From Halocafeteria seosinensis (Eukaryota): 64,000 bases of DNA. Each line of letters begins with the position of its first letter. Positions within the stretch are counted from its first letter, which is position 1. The DNA is taken from contig LVLI01000282.1 of assembly GCA_001687465.1 (NCBI GenBank), positions 1-64,000 of the forward strand. The letters are read 5' to 3'. Shown in pieces: positions 48,447 through 62,400 of this stretch. A program made the position numbers and the translations under genes. The notes under the pieces were generated by a model. It did no database searches. It had not been told where the DNA came from and worked only from the letters and a program-made list of their open reading frames with translations.

Positions 48447-51400
48447 ATGTCAGAGGACTCTCCTACGTCTGGGGCGCGCCATAGGCTCAGAGAGCCCACG
48501 GAGTTTTTCTATGAAGGCGTCCAAGGACGGCCCCAAAACCCGAGACAGTGGTATGAATTGAGCCCTCGTATGACCTCTTTAATCATTTCTATCGCCATTG
48601 GCATCGGTATTTTGGCTGCCGCACTGAACGGCGCCAACAAGGGTAGTGATAGTGGAAGTAATGGAGGAGAAGGAGGAGGAGGGTCAGGTAAAGATGAACA
48701 CCGGGAACTCTGTGGCTGGAATGACCCTCGATTGCCTCTGGGGTGGTATGAAGCTATAGAGTATACGTGGCACACGGAGCCTGAATTTCAAGAGCCTTTT
48801 GGCATGACCGGAAAAGTGACCGCTCAGTTGAAAGTCAAGAATGCTACCAAATGTGTGGTCCTGAACTCTAGGGGACTCACCGATCTTCAGGGAACATACC
48901 AGAAATCCGATAGTTCCACAATGGAATCAGTCAAAAGTATAAAAGAAGTCTCAGAGAATGAGCAAATAATTGTCGAACTCAAAGAAGCGGTAGAGGCAGA
49001 GGAGCAGGTGACGATTTCCATCGATTATTCCGGCAAACTGAGTCACGATATGAATGGGCTGTATGTCTCCGAATACGTGGAAGAGGGCACAGGTACAACG
49101 ATGCATATGGTATCCACTCAATTCGAAGCAACGTACGCTCGTCGAGCATTCCCATGTCTCGATGAGCCTGAATTCAAAGCAAGCTTCACGGTTTCCATAG
49201 GAAATATCCCAACGGGGTTTACCGCTTTATCCAATATGCCGGTGAAAGAAGAGCAAGATGGAGGATCCACTGTGATCTTTGAGCAGAGTGTACCCATGAG
49301 TACCTACTTGGTTGCCGTTGCAGTCGGTAAACTTGATTCGGTAAAGACTACGGTCAATGTTGGTTCTTCTGGTGATCCGCAATATGTTAACTTGGCCGTG
49401 TGGGGAACGCATGGGAAAAATACGGAGGATAATTTACGATATTCTTTAGACGTGGCTGCGGACATCCTTCCGTTCTATTCCCAATTTTTTCGGATACCAT
49501 TCCCTCTTCCTAAGACGGATTTGATTGCAATACCTGGTAAGGACCCGATTGGTTGGTTTTCTAAATACTAAATGCGAGATCTTCATAAGCGGGCCTTTGT
49601 TCTATTCTGTCATCGCAGACTTTGCAGCAGGAGCCATGGAGAATTGGGGTCTTATCACATTTCGAGAAACAGCTCTCCTGGCCAATAATAGGACGTCTTC
49701 GTTGTCTTCGTTGCAAAGAGTAGCTGACGTTGTTAGCCATGAACTTGCGCATCAGTGGTTTGGTAATTTGGTGACAATGGAATGGTGGAATGAGCTTTGG
49801 TTGAATGAGGGATTTGCCACGTTCCTGGAGTACAGAGGAGTGGACCACTTTGACCCCAGTTTTCAAATACTGCGGACATTTCTGACAAGTGATGTTCAAC
49901 GAGCTATGGGAAGTGATGCGTTTGCTCATTCCCACTCTCTGACACGTGAGAATGTTGACACTCCAGGAGAGATTGAGGAAATGTTTGATGCTATCAGTTA
50001 TAGTAAAGGTGCTTCTGTTATCACCATGCTGGCTGACTATGCAGATAAGAAGAAAGCTGAGTCGTTTAACGATGGACTTCATGACTATCTAACAGCCCAC
50101 AAATATGGCAACGCTGTAAGCAACGATCTTTGGAAAGCCATCGGCAACAGTGCGGGTGATTCTGATTTGAGCGAGAAGATGGACGACTACACTCATCAGC
50201 CTGGATATCCGCTTGCCGTCGTAGCCTGGACACACGAAAATGGTTGGGAGACGGGGAAAGGGTCTCTGACGATTTGCCAAATGCGGCCATTCCGCAGCGC
50301 TTACTCTCGTAGTATTGCCAGTCAGAGTGACACTGATGCTTTGTGGTGGATACCTCTTAACTGGGTAACTCATATGCATACTGGCAGTCCAGAAACTCCG
50401 AGTAGTGCGTTTGAGGGGCAGTGCTTGAGCGAAACGATATCGATGGATGTGGACTCCGACGTTTGGATTAAGTTCAATGCAAAGCAAACCGGTTACTACC
50501 GTGTCTTCTATCCAGTAAATCTGTATGAGCAACTCTTGCAGTTTATCCTTGCTGAACGCGACAGCGGAATCGCACCTACTTCCCAACAGGTCCCTGCGAA
50601 TGATCGTGCTGGGATTCTGGATGATTTGTTGAGTGTTACATTTTCAGAGGAGGGGGCTCCGGTGAGTGCGGTACTCAAGAATCAATATTTCCCTCGCACT
50701 GGTGGCGGTGTTGCGGAAGCTAGCGGTGTGAACATTTCCTACGCCTTCCATTTCTTAAGGAACATGATCCGGAACGAAACCGAGTTCGCTCCTTGGTCCA
50801 CTGCGCTAGGCTATATTTACTCATTGGATCAAAAACTATTCGACAAGGGTGGCTCTACCTGCTACGACGCCTATAGAGGAGTGGTTCGTGATCTTTTGCG
50901 CCCCATGGTTACAGCTCTTGACTGGAACGATCAAGCCAGCGGAGCTAGCGATCCACTGCGGGTTCAACTACGAAACATGCTGTTTGAGGCAGCTTCATAC
51001 TTCGGCTACCAGTAAGTTGGCTAGTGTTTAATGTGTTTTGTTTTGGTAGGTGACGACACATTTTATATGATTTCCTTGTTAAATCAAATTTACAGATCGG
51101 TAATTGACGAAGCAACCGAGCTTTTCCAAGCGGGACGCCAGAACATTTCATCAAATTTGGTTAGCCTAGTCTACAGGACGGTGGTTCGGTGGGGTGGCTC
51201 CGAGGAGTTTAGTGAGGTGAAGGAAATATTCGAGAAGAGTACCGATCCGACACTTCGCAACTAGTAGGTTGATCGCTATGCTTGTTACCATCTTCATGAG
51301 GTAATGCCAAGCAAATGTCCTGTTTTGATTTTGTTTCGCAGCGCCCTAATGGCTCTGACTGAGTCCAAGGATTCAAGTACACTCGAAAGTTTGCTCAGCT

Positions 51401-51753
51401 ATGCATTGGACGATTCCAATGTACGGAGACAGGATTTTCCATCCGTTCTTGCTGGTGTATCCCGCAATCCGTACGGCAGGGAGCAAGCTTGGGACTTTTA
51501 CACGACTGGTAGCAATTTTGATGAGATTATGGACCGCTATGGGCATGGCGGTTTCGCTCTAGGCACAATCGTCTCTACGACTGCTTCTCGGTTTACAACC
51601 AACTCTCATTTTAACGAAGTGAAGACCTTCTACGAGAATAATAAGGTAGATGCCGCGACACTGGAAGTTGCTCAAGCTCTGGAATCAATCAAGGCGAATA
51701 TTCAATTTGAAGAGTCACAGAGGTCTCTCATCTGCGACGTTCTCACTAGCTAG
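48447..51753 (+). CDS. M1 family zinc aminopeptidase (aminopeptidase N-like), type II membrane anchored (4 exons)
   Basis: TM anchor LIISIAIGIGILAAAL, TQFEATYARRAFPCLDEP, MSTYL, AGAMENWGL, HELAHQWFGN...WLNEGFA (HEXXH-X18-E), FDAISYSKGA and an ERAP1-like C-terminal domain. Confidence 0.97.
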
Positions 51754-51873
51754 GCGCGCTTGCGACTACTTGTTGCACCATTACAGTATCTGTATTAAGT
51801 AGCCGAAAGAAAAAACTAACATGCATGATTAGTGGAATAAATACCAAGGCACCGCAATTGTGTTTTGTGTTAT

Positions 51874-53534
51874 CTATTGAATCGAACGATATTGGTTGCC
51901 CAGTAACTCTTCGGTAAGAGTTCCATCCATGTATTCAAGCATTCCTCCTAATCTCTCTAGAAGTTCCGAGGGATCGGAGGTTTGTTCGGCATTGTCACCA
52001 TGCACATCATTAGCGTTCTTATTACCATGGTCGTCGTCACTATGCGCATCCGACAATGCATAAGCCGTCGCTTCATCCAAATTGACCCTATCTACAGCGT
52101 CTTTGTTACCCTCCGCGTCACTCGCGGCTTCAGCAGCAGTAACAAGAGCAGAGAGTTGGGTATACAAACAGTCACGCTGGTATTTGGCCTTTTGATACAT
52201 GTCCTCTTCTTCCCTTCGGCTCATCTTTACATGGTGCAGAATGTCTCTCAATCTATTTTGCTCATTCATGATTTCTTTCACCGTTTGGAAAAGCTCTTTA
52301 TGGCTTTTCCAGGCGTTTTCTTGCTTCAGACGCTTTTTCAGACGAGCAGCCTCTGCCGCTACTGCTGACGCGGTGTTAGCTTGATATTCCGTTTGATTCA
52401 TGTCATCATTCAACTTTTTGATTCTTTCTTCCTTCTCCCTTATTTCTTTACTGTAAGCATTTTCGTTTTCCTGGGTGCGCCTGGCAACCTCATCTACTTT
52501 TGATTGTAACATGGCCTCCGATTCCTTGGCTTCTTCGTGGAGGCTACTTTCCTTGCGCCTCAGGTCGTCAAGTTCCACACTTAGACCTTGCACTTCCTGT
52601 ACGCAATACCAGTACAATATAATATAACGGAAAAAATATGGAATTCAGGGCAAAGCGTCACGTACCTCTCGAAGACTACCGATCTCTCTTTTATCTTCGG
52701 CCTCTTTTTCCCGTTTTGCCTCCACCCGTTTCCTTAACCTCGCTACGTCTGCTTGCTGAGCATCCCGGTCTTGTTGAGCTTTCTGTTTTCGATTTTGCGT
52801 CGCTTTCAGTGTCTCTGCTAGCTCGGCATTTCCTTCCTGCACTTTTGCTAATTCTCCCATAGCTTCCTTTACTGATTCCTGTAGGCTAGCTACTTCAGCT
52901 TCTTGGCTTCGTTCAAACTCATCCAAGAGCTCGTTTTCCACACGATACCTTTGGTTCCACTCTTCGTTCGAAAGATGCACTGCGGCTGAATTGTCCCCTC
53001 CTTCATTATTGTATGAGCTTGGTGCCTCGTCGTTATCTCCTTCATGATACTTTTGATCAGGCGATGGCTCTTCCGATTCATCGTTCCCAGACGCCTCCGG
53101 GTCCGCCAGACGATGGAGGTCTCTTCCGGGGGCAGTTGAGGACAAGTGTCCGGCAGACTCTGAGTGCCCATACGACCCATATGGAGGCCCATACGACGTA
53201 GAAGAGACTGTTGCAGCTGTGGAAGCCCCTTGCTGCTGCTTGTCACCTCCAATCAAGTGCCCATTTCGTTGCAAAAAATCACGCGCTCTTCGACGCGTTG
53301 GCGACTGTATGTATCACAACATGGTCCAGATCATCGAAAATGCGTGTATATCGTGTAAAAAGACTCTAAATAAGGGCAAAAAAACGCCCTTGGACGTACC
53401 GTTTCTGAGCCACTCGGCTGCTTTCCAGAGCTCCCCTGGCCGATAGGAGAGGACGACGACAAGAAAACTCGGTCAGAACGTTGTCGGTCCGTCGTTCTAA
53501 GGGGTGAGCGGTCTTTTGTGTGCCTTTGGGACAT
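51874..53534 (-). CDS. Coiled-coil protein of unknown function (3 exons)
   Basis: Start MSQRHTKD at 53534. Two phase-0 GTACGT...CAG introns join the ORFs into a disordered N-terminus followed by a long heptad coiled coil. Confidence 0.75.
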
Positions 53535-53894
53535 TATAAAAGCGATAATGGAGCTGTAAAGGGAAACCAAGTTCAAGGTGCGTCCTCAGTTTTCTATCTA
53601 CCAAGGAGCCCAGAGACGTTTACCGCGTATGAATACAGCACAAGCAAGCGTTCAGCACACCATGCAGTTGAGCAATCATTCCCTCGTATTGAGCCAGCAG
53701 AGGCACAGCAAAAAGAAGTGGTCGATGAAAAGGCGAAGAATTGTTTGTACGCTTTCAATCAATTCACCGGGAACCACTTGTTCATGTGGGTACAGGAATT
53801 CGGTGGAATAATTTGACGAGATACGGTGTTACTATTGCTGATCTAACAGGACAAAAGAACGAGCGAATGGGTGGCCCCTGAGACTCGTGCTACT

Positions 53895-56200
53895 TTAATC
53901 TGACTCAGATTCACTATCGTTGTCTACAGATTCCTCATCATCTATGTCGTCGTATCCCGCTGCGTGCATTCGCTGCGTCACCTTTTCCAACCATTCTCTA
54001 GCTCCCTGATATTTTGGATTTATACTAAGACTAGTTCTAAACATCTCTAAACTCTGAGAGAGATTTTCCAAAAAGTAGTGGCACATTCCCATGTTGTGGT
54101 ATGTTACATGGTGTTCACCACAAATGCTCAACGATCTGTCGAAAAATTCGAGAGCTGCAGTGTACATCTTTAGACCCATTAGCATTCGGGCCATTTCAAA
54201 GCAGACATCTTTTGAAGGTTGGAGAGGAAAGTATGCGGCATGAATCTGTAGAAACAACGACGATACCATGACAACCAACCGATTTCACCCTGTCTTCTGG
54301 CACAGCGACTTACTCGTTCCAAATCAATGTTCTTTATATCTTCAATCTGATCTTCGTTGGAGTATGGATGGCTTGATTTTTCAATCAATACCTGTATTAC
54401 ATCATATTCATTAGTGTTTGAGAGCGCCGCATCTACACCAGAGACTCTTGAAATATCAATGTCTTACGGTTTTGAATTTGCAGAACACGTCAGAATCATG
54501 ACACGACAAACGCAGGAGCGCAAGCACAAGCCGCAATGACGGGTTTGGTATCTGCTATGATTCCATAAGACGTATAATACTCCTGTGACGAGTACGAGTG
54601 CAGACAGAAACGACGCACCTCTTCGCGAACCTTCCTTTGTAATGCCGAAAAGTCTTCCGGAGAACACTCGACCACGCTATCCTTCCAGGCCATTCGAGTC
54701 TGATAGCGTTCAAGAAAAACACAAGAGGGTTACTAAAAACCTCGGAGGTAAATGCTAAAGACCATATGCGTTGGCACTTACCTGAACAAAATCGTCTTTC
54801 TTGCCCCCAAGATACAGCGCTGCGCACTTAAATCCTTCCATTTGACGAGTAGTTTCCATAAACCCGTTGGCGTGAATACGTTCTTGGGAATTTTGCTTTC
54901 TCTTCGCTAATTTGAGCGCTGTCCTCTCCATCCAAAGTCTCAATGCGTGGAAATTGACCATCATGGAAAAGCTTCCATGCATCGCAACATGGGGCTCTCG
55001 GTGACCTAACAATTCTTCTTCAAACAAGTATCCCTGTGAATACATCGATGTATGAACAGTTACTATGTACTACTATTCACACCGATCAGCACTAAGACCG
55101 AAACTCACCTTGTCCCCAACCAACACCAGGGCATTGTTGTTCGTCATTTCTTTGGCATTCTCAAGAAATTGAATTGCGCCATTGGGAATAAGAAATGAAG
55201 CATCCTTAAGCTTGGACTCATAATATTTTAAGATAGAGTTCTCTTCCTCTGAGTCGTAGGGAGGCTTTGAGTCATCCAACAGCCGGTACTCCCATTTGCA
55301 TCTGATGCGACTTAAGATATCGGGATTCGAGAGATCGGTTTCTTGTTGAGTTGACACGACGGATACAGCTCCTTCTTTAACTGTTCCATCTTCGATTCGG
55401 TATGCGTCCATTGGGATGGAGTCAAAAACATAATTGCAGATAAACACAGGAGGATTGGCTAACGTTTTCGCATCCAGGTCGATATCTCGGAGTTGAAGAT
55501 GAATCTGGAGGAGAGAGAAGAGAGAAAGGCTACTCTTAGTTTCATTCTTTTCTAATATAAAAAGCGGTTTTTCTATACACACCTTTTTATCTTTGGTGAC
55601 ATCAAACAATGCAAAATCCAAGAGCTCAATCGAGTCTTCTTGTTCATACAATGGCCTCAGAGAAACATGATCCTTCCAGTCGTTGATTGGTGCTTCACCC
55701 GTCTCTGTAAGTACGTAGACGAACGGAGGTTTCCCATTTTCCATCTTGGGTAGATGCTCCTCCCATCGTAATAGAGACTCGATAATTAGATACGCCAGTT
55801 TCCCATGTCCAGCTCCCGTTTCAATGATGTACAATGGTTCCGCGGCGTTGCCCGCCGTGTGGTGCACATAGATATCTCGTAGGAGACCCATGATAACCTT
55901 GGCATAGGAGCTTGCAATACAGGCATTGGAGGTGACGAAATTAGGCACAGTCCCATCTTTCCACGGCTGCGTCCCTTTAGTTTCGTAAAACATGCGCTGT
56001 AAACGCCATAAAATCGAGTCCGACAGGCGGCTCGTCGGGTTTTTCGCATCCAGAGGGTACAAAGGGTTCCCGTCGGCATCCTTAGCAAAGGGTTTCCCGT
56101 TCTGAGCATTCGTAGGGGCTGAATGAGAGCCATCTGAAGTCTGTTCATCCCCCGGAAGAGGCCCTAAAGGGTTGGCAGCACAGTCAAAGATATTGCCCAT
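53895..56200 (-). CDS. SAM-dependent methyltransferase (MidA/NDUFAF7-like fold) with C-terminal TPRs (probably 7 exons)
   Basis: RLSDSILWRLQRMFYE...VPNFVTSN, motif I YIIETGAGHGKL, FICNYVFDSIP.D, GDKGY, HGSFSMMVNFHAL, and C-terminal TPRs (YHNMGMCHYFLENL...SLSINPKY). Confidence 0.85.
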
Positions 56201-56456
56201 TTTCTTCGCTTCTCTTCAACAACCACCCCAACGAATTAATACGGGCTGTATCTGTGTATATTACACGTACATACACCCACAAGAGCGAGGAAAAACGACC
56301 ATGTACATGATGAATATGAAATCGAAAATCTCGAGTCGACGAAAAGATTGTCGTGTCCATGGGCCCCATTTAGCGTACCTACAAGATGCCCTTCTTTCCA
56401 TACAATTGATATGATACATGTTGGGGTGTGAGATGCATGTAGCGTAGAGAACAAAG

Positions 56457-59400
56457 ATGGCTTCTTCATCGTCGACAACGAGCTCTTCCTCGAACACCCT
56501 GTATCAGGAATGGGGGGCGTCTGGAGGCTGTGATGCTTGCATTTTTTGCTCATGGACAGCCTCTCCTGTCTCATTTGAGGCGTATAATGGCCCTTCAGAG
56601 GACATTCCAGCGTCGGACGTGAATGGACAAGGACCCCCGGCAAGGAAGCGAATCAAAAGAGATGAGAAAGAGGAAGTAAAACAGGAGGAAACACGATTTG
56701 ACACCAACCTCGTTTTGGCTCGTCCCAATGCATTAGAGGTGTATACACTACAGCCAAGGGGTATAAATGGTCGAGGCGACCCTAATTTAACAGAAGTAGT
56801 AAGTGTTTGTCCTGGAATGGAATTCCCCTGGTTGCTGCTGGCTGTGCACAATTAGTCTCACGCATGATGTACAGGGTGATTCCACCGAGCTGGTCTTGGA
56901 AGGATCTTTTGCGTTATTTGACAGAGTTGCTAGTCTGTCTGTGCTTAAGTTGAAAGGAGCACTCGCCAGGAGAGCAACGGGTTTGAACTCTGTCACGGAA
57001 GCCGAGGCATTGGTGGTGTCCTTCAAATTGGGGAAGATAGCGGTCGTGTCTTTCGATGTCTGGCGAAGACGGCTGCAATTGTTAGCCATCTTCAATTTTG
57101 AAGCCAACGCGACAGGGCTAGGAGCGCATATCCGTGCGACGGCCTCGGTTAGGCTACCCACAGGAGCTAGTGGAACAGGGATGGTGAGGATGGACCCCCA
57201 TCAGCGTTGCCTCGTGATGATTATGTACGAAGATCAGTTGGCAGTGCTACCATTGGCTCAGTATTCTGAGAGCCGAGGGATGCTAGGCTTCGAAGAGGAA
57301 GAAGACGAGGAGGAAGGCAATTATGGAGATGCATCTCGGGAGGAGCAGCATAAATCAAGTAGTGGGAACGCTCTAGGAGACATTGACTTCGTAACTGATT
57401 ACTCAAGCAGACTCTTTCGACCTCCCATTGTTGTACCCTTCTCTTCAATCGGGGAAGGCATCGCAGGTGAAACCAAGGACTATTGCTTTTTGCGGGGATA
57501 CATTGACCCTACCGTAGCAATTCTACACGAACCTACTCCGACGAACTCGAGTCGCTTAACGTATGAGCGATATACGTGCCAACTAACTGCTGTCACACTA
57601 GATCTCGAGACCGGTAGGCATCCTGTGGTGTGGACTGTGCCCAATCTACCGCATGACGCGCTTTGCCTGGTTCCTGTCGACACGCCTATCGGAGGGGTAA
57701 TTGTCTTGTGTACGAACGCCATACTGTATCTGAGTCAACAACAGATGCTGGCTCAGGCGCTAAACGGCTTCGCTCCCGCAACCACGTACCATCATTCTCG
57801 TTTTCGACTGCAACCACCACCCGAAGATATTTCAATCGAACTGGATTCGGTAAGATGGGAATGGGTATCTGGATCTCAGCTGATTCTTACTATCCAGGAA
57901 GGATATACATATGTTGTTAGTTTACAAAAGGAAGAAGAATCCAACTTAATACAGGATATTGTTGTGCGAGACACGGGGTTAGCACTGAACACCGTGCATT
58001 GCATTGCATCGACACTGAGGAGGTGGATGTTCTTCGGCTCCCGGGTTTCGGATTCATTGCTTTTAACAGTTGTACCTCAGACGATATTTTCCGCTGCTGA
58101 GAAACTTCGTTGCTGGGCTCGGATTCGAAAGCTAGACTGGAAAAAGTACCTGCAGAATGGAAATATCCGGAAAACAATTGAGGATAATCAGTCTTCTCGT
58201 GAAGCCTTCGATCGAGCGCTGCAGAGCCAGGAACTGTCTTCGTCGGAGCAAACTCGCCGCCTGGTTGCCAGGGAACTGTGCTTGCACTTCCGCGGGGCCC
58301 TAGAAGAAGAATATAGTGCCCGTACAGGAGGCATCTTAGCGTCTGGTCGGGCAGCTGGTACCTCATCTATTTTTAATACTAGTCGAAGCATTTTGATAGA
58401 TGGAAACAGACTTTCCCGTTCCAGCGAAAGCTTTGATACAGCCAATGAACTAGTGTTCATGATTCATGATATACTTCCTGTCGCATCGGCGGTGGGAGAT
58501 ACTACACATTCTCTCTCCTCCCGCGGAGATCTGGAAGATAAACAGCTGCCTGGTGCACCACGCGCTTCGGAGGTAATTACTACATGTGGCAACAACAGAG
58601 ATGGAGGGTTCGCAACGTTGTCTCGGAGCTTCAATGGAACGGTGCTTTCGCGTTTGACGATGCCAGAATGCGTCGGTATTTGGACACTTCCTATTGACAT
58701 ACCACAAGATGTTTCGGATACTACCGATTTGACATTCCCATCTGAGTATGTTGGCACCGGAGAAGACTTCTTCGACCCAGAGCTCGGTGAATATTCAGTG
58801 CCTTGGATGCATCGTCTTGTGATAATTACTACACAGACGAAAACACGAGTCTTATTTGTACAAGACAACCAATTGGAAGAACTTAAGCAAGAAGCAACCG
58901 AATTTCTTCTGGATGTACCTACGCTAGCGGCTGCTCCACTCCTGGGTGGAAGAAGACTTGCACAGGTCAACACCAAAGGCATCCGGATTGTCGATAGTTT
59001 GGGTGGGGGCTTCGAGGATCTTCTGTTCTACTACGACAAGGAATATGGCGGGCTTGGATTGTCAGATAGCGATGAAGAGGAGTATGAATACGTTACTCGC
59101 GCGCACATATGTGATCCTTACATAGCGTTGGAAATTAGTAATGGTTCCACTGAGATTTTGAAGATGGATAAAGAAGATGAAGAGCTTCGGCCGGTATTTT
59201 CCACTGAATCTTGGGGATGGTCGCGGGTGTCGAGCGGTGGAGATGACCCCATTGTGGCTATGTCACTTTATCGTGACAATGGTTGCCTTCGAGACAACTA
59301 TGGAATGAAACGTTCGACGACGTTTGAGCCTGATTGGCTCGATCGCACCCTCGAGTGCTATGATAAATACTTTCTACGTTCTGGTCAGGATGAACCAACA

Positions 59401-62400
59401 GCCACGCAAGAAGCTGAAGTGGAGAAACATGTGGATGACGGAAAGGACGAAAGTACAGATGGTGCAGAAAGAGGGGCAGCACTCTCGGGAGACGACCCTG
59501 CTGGTGCCTCTACCACGGACGATGACTACGATAGTGAGGATGAAGCATTGTACGGTAACTTGAGTAGCAATATACTGGACTTCGAGCGTATGAACCTGGG
59601 TGGAGTGTCTTCCCAAATATCGTCGGGAGACTTGGAAGATGAAGAAAAAGCATTATATGGAGAGGATGGGTGGTTGGACATTGACAAGCAACGGTCTTCA
59701 AATAGAAAAAGAGATCGATCTGTCCAGATTGATCTCAGTGGTATAGGGGATGAAATTACCCAGCTACTACATGATACGACACTACCATCTGCAAATGCTG
59801 TTCGCCAAGCTCACTCTCGTTCCTCCGTATCCGTGGAGGACTACCACGTATATGCTGTGGTATGTCGACGTTCCGGTAGGATTGCAGTTGAAAATTTATC
59901 CTCGGGAGACCCAGGGCACTCTATGGACCTCGATGGTGTTGTAGATGGGCTTCTGGAGCTGTCAGCACCTAGTGAAACTACCGTGAAAAAGAGTTCATCG
60001 ACGGACGAAATTGAAGAAGTAAATTTGTGTCGTCTCGGTAGGCTAACTCTAACATTTCGAATGAAGAGTGGCATCGTGTATATATATGAGGGGAAAATGC
60101 TTCCTGCTCCGGAGAGTCGAAACAGCGTTGTGATGAAGTTCACACGGGCAACTCAGCATCTGTGCGATAATCAATCTCGTGCGTCAGAGAACGATGGCCC
60201 ATGCATTTTTACGGAGAAGGACAACGCTATAAAATTGCCTCAGTTACAAGCCTTCAGCAACTTGGGAGATTGGCGTGGTATTGCTATTCTGGGAAGACGG
60301 CCTGCCTGGGCATTAGAACAGCGCGGGGCACTTAAGTTAGTTCCTTTACACGTTCCTGATATTGGTCCTGCCGGTGTTCACCGGTCGAATCTTGTGAATT
60401 CTGGAGAAAATCCACTAGATGTAACACCGATGCAAATCAAAGAGGGAATGGGTGCAGCAGCGAGAGCCCCCCCAGGATCGTCTTCTGCACGCGACTTCCC
60501 GGTAACTAGTATCGCACCGTTGAATTCGTTTCTCAGTCGAAATGGAGTGGTGTTTGCTCTGCCTGGTCAGGCCAGCTGCTGCGTTGTGCAATTGCCAGCT
60601 CCTCATTCTCTCCAGCTACATAACGGGACAGTATCAACGAAGAGCTTGCTCGGATGCGGAGTCCACAAGTTGACGTTTCTACATGAAGGCTCTAGAGTAC
60701 CTGGTACATCGACGACCACAATACAACCACCTACGGTACAGCAGTGGCAGAAGCAAAAGTCTTTGCTTGCGCAAAGTGGACGAGATGCAAGAATGCGACT
60801 ACAAGCAGCGTGGCAGGACGCCGCCGTGATGGAGAACGATAACCAAACGGCCGCGGCAGGAACTAGCGTGATGTCATACATTCGAGAGGAGAACGCTCAA
60901 AGCAAATATGAATCCTCAAGCCAGAAATCAAGCTCCTGGGGTGGTGAGCTAAAGAGCAGCCCCCTATTCGCATGTTTGATCAGTTATAGCATTCCCCGAG
61001 ATATCGAAGAAGAAGCACGTTATGAAGTCAAACGTATCTCGTCTCTGGGTAGTGAATACGTCCAGTTAGACTTCGGTAAGCATAAGGAGCTGACTAAGCC
61101 TGATTCTCAGTATGGAGGGCAGCCTCTTCAAATGGAAGCCGTGCACGAAATTATCTTAGCCAGAAAGCAAAAAGATTTACTCCCAGGTGAGCAACTGGTG
61201 GCTACCCCTGGAAGGGATGGTATCCGATCGTGGGCGCCTTATAGCCATTATGATGATATAATAACCGACGAGGAAGCGCACACTCATGAGATATCTAATG
61301 AGGAACGTATCCAGCTGAAACGAGAGAAGTCTGAAGACCTAAAAAAGACAACTTTCGAACCTGTATACCGTGATGGACCAGAAACTGTTGCAGATCTATA
61401 TGCTTCGGAGCGCTTTGACGATCAAGATTTTATTGCTAATATCCGGAGAAGCTCAATGGATTACAAGGTTTTCAATAAACTCCTGAGTCCTTCTCAAAGG
61501 AATACTAATGCCCAAATCTTATCTGACCCCTCAGACTTTGTTTGCGTAGACAGATTTCCATTGATGAGATATGAACATGGGCTAGTCGTCCGCGAAGCAG
61601 CCCTTGCGGATGCTCCAGGGGCACGGAAAGAAAGTTTTGTAATTGTTGGAACAGGGTTCGTTCCTCCTCGTGGAGAGGACGAAGACGGGCAAGGGCGTCT
61701 TATTGTTTTTAAAGTAGCCTACGTTAATGCCGAAATAGAAGGAACATCAGCCAATTCAGCCAGCGGCGGACAAACTGTGCTCGTGCCAAAGTTGAAATAT
61801 TTGCTGGACTACAACCAAGAAGCACCGGTCAGTGCTGTCAGTTGCATTACAGTAGAGGGTCGAGACTATATCGTGATGGCCGCAGGCCGACTTGTCGAAA
61901 TACATAAGTGGGAGTATGGACGCTTGCATAAAGTCGGATTTTATGATGCCGCCATCTACCCGACGGATCTGACCACGGTGAAGAACTATATTGTCCTTGG
62001 AGATCTTTTTCAGTCCGTACGCTTGCTTTGCTGGCGTCCTCAGCAGTGGGACCTGTCCCTTTTGGCTAAGGACACCTCACCCTCGCACACGATATCCTCC
62101 AGCACGTTTGTTCATGGAGACAAACTCGGCATTGTTGCGACTGATATGGACAGAAATCTATCCATTTTCAGCTACAATCCGAAGACGGGTACGCGTTTGT
62201 ATTGTCATGGGGATATTCACGTTTCGTCTCCTATTATGGACGCTAACCCCGTGAGGTTACTCCGTGCAACGCTAGAAGAACAGGAAATAGAGCATCGCGA
62301 TAAGACCATTCGTTTTGGAATTGCGTTGTGTAACTTGGATGGTGGGGTGTCTATGTTGATGCCTCTGGCTCCTGATACGTTTCAGCGTCTCCTTATGCTC

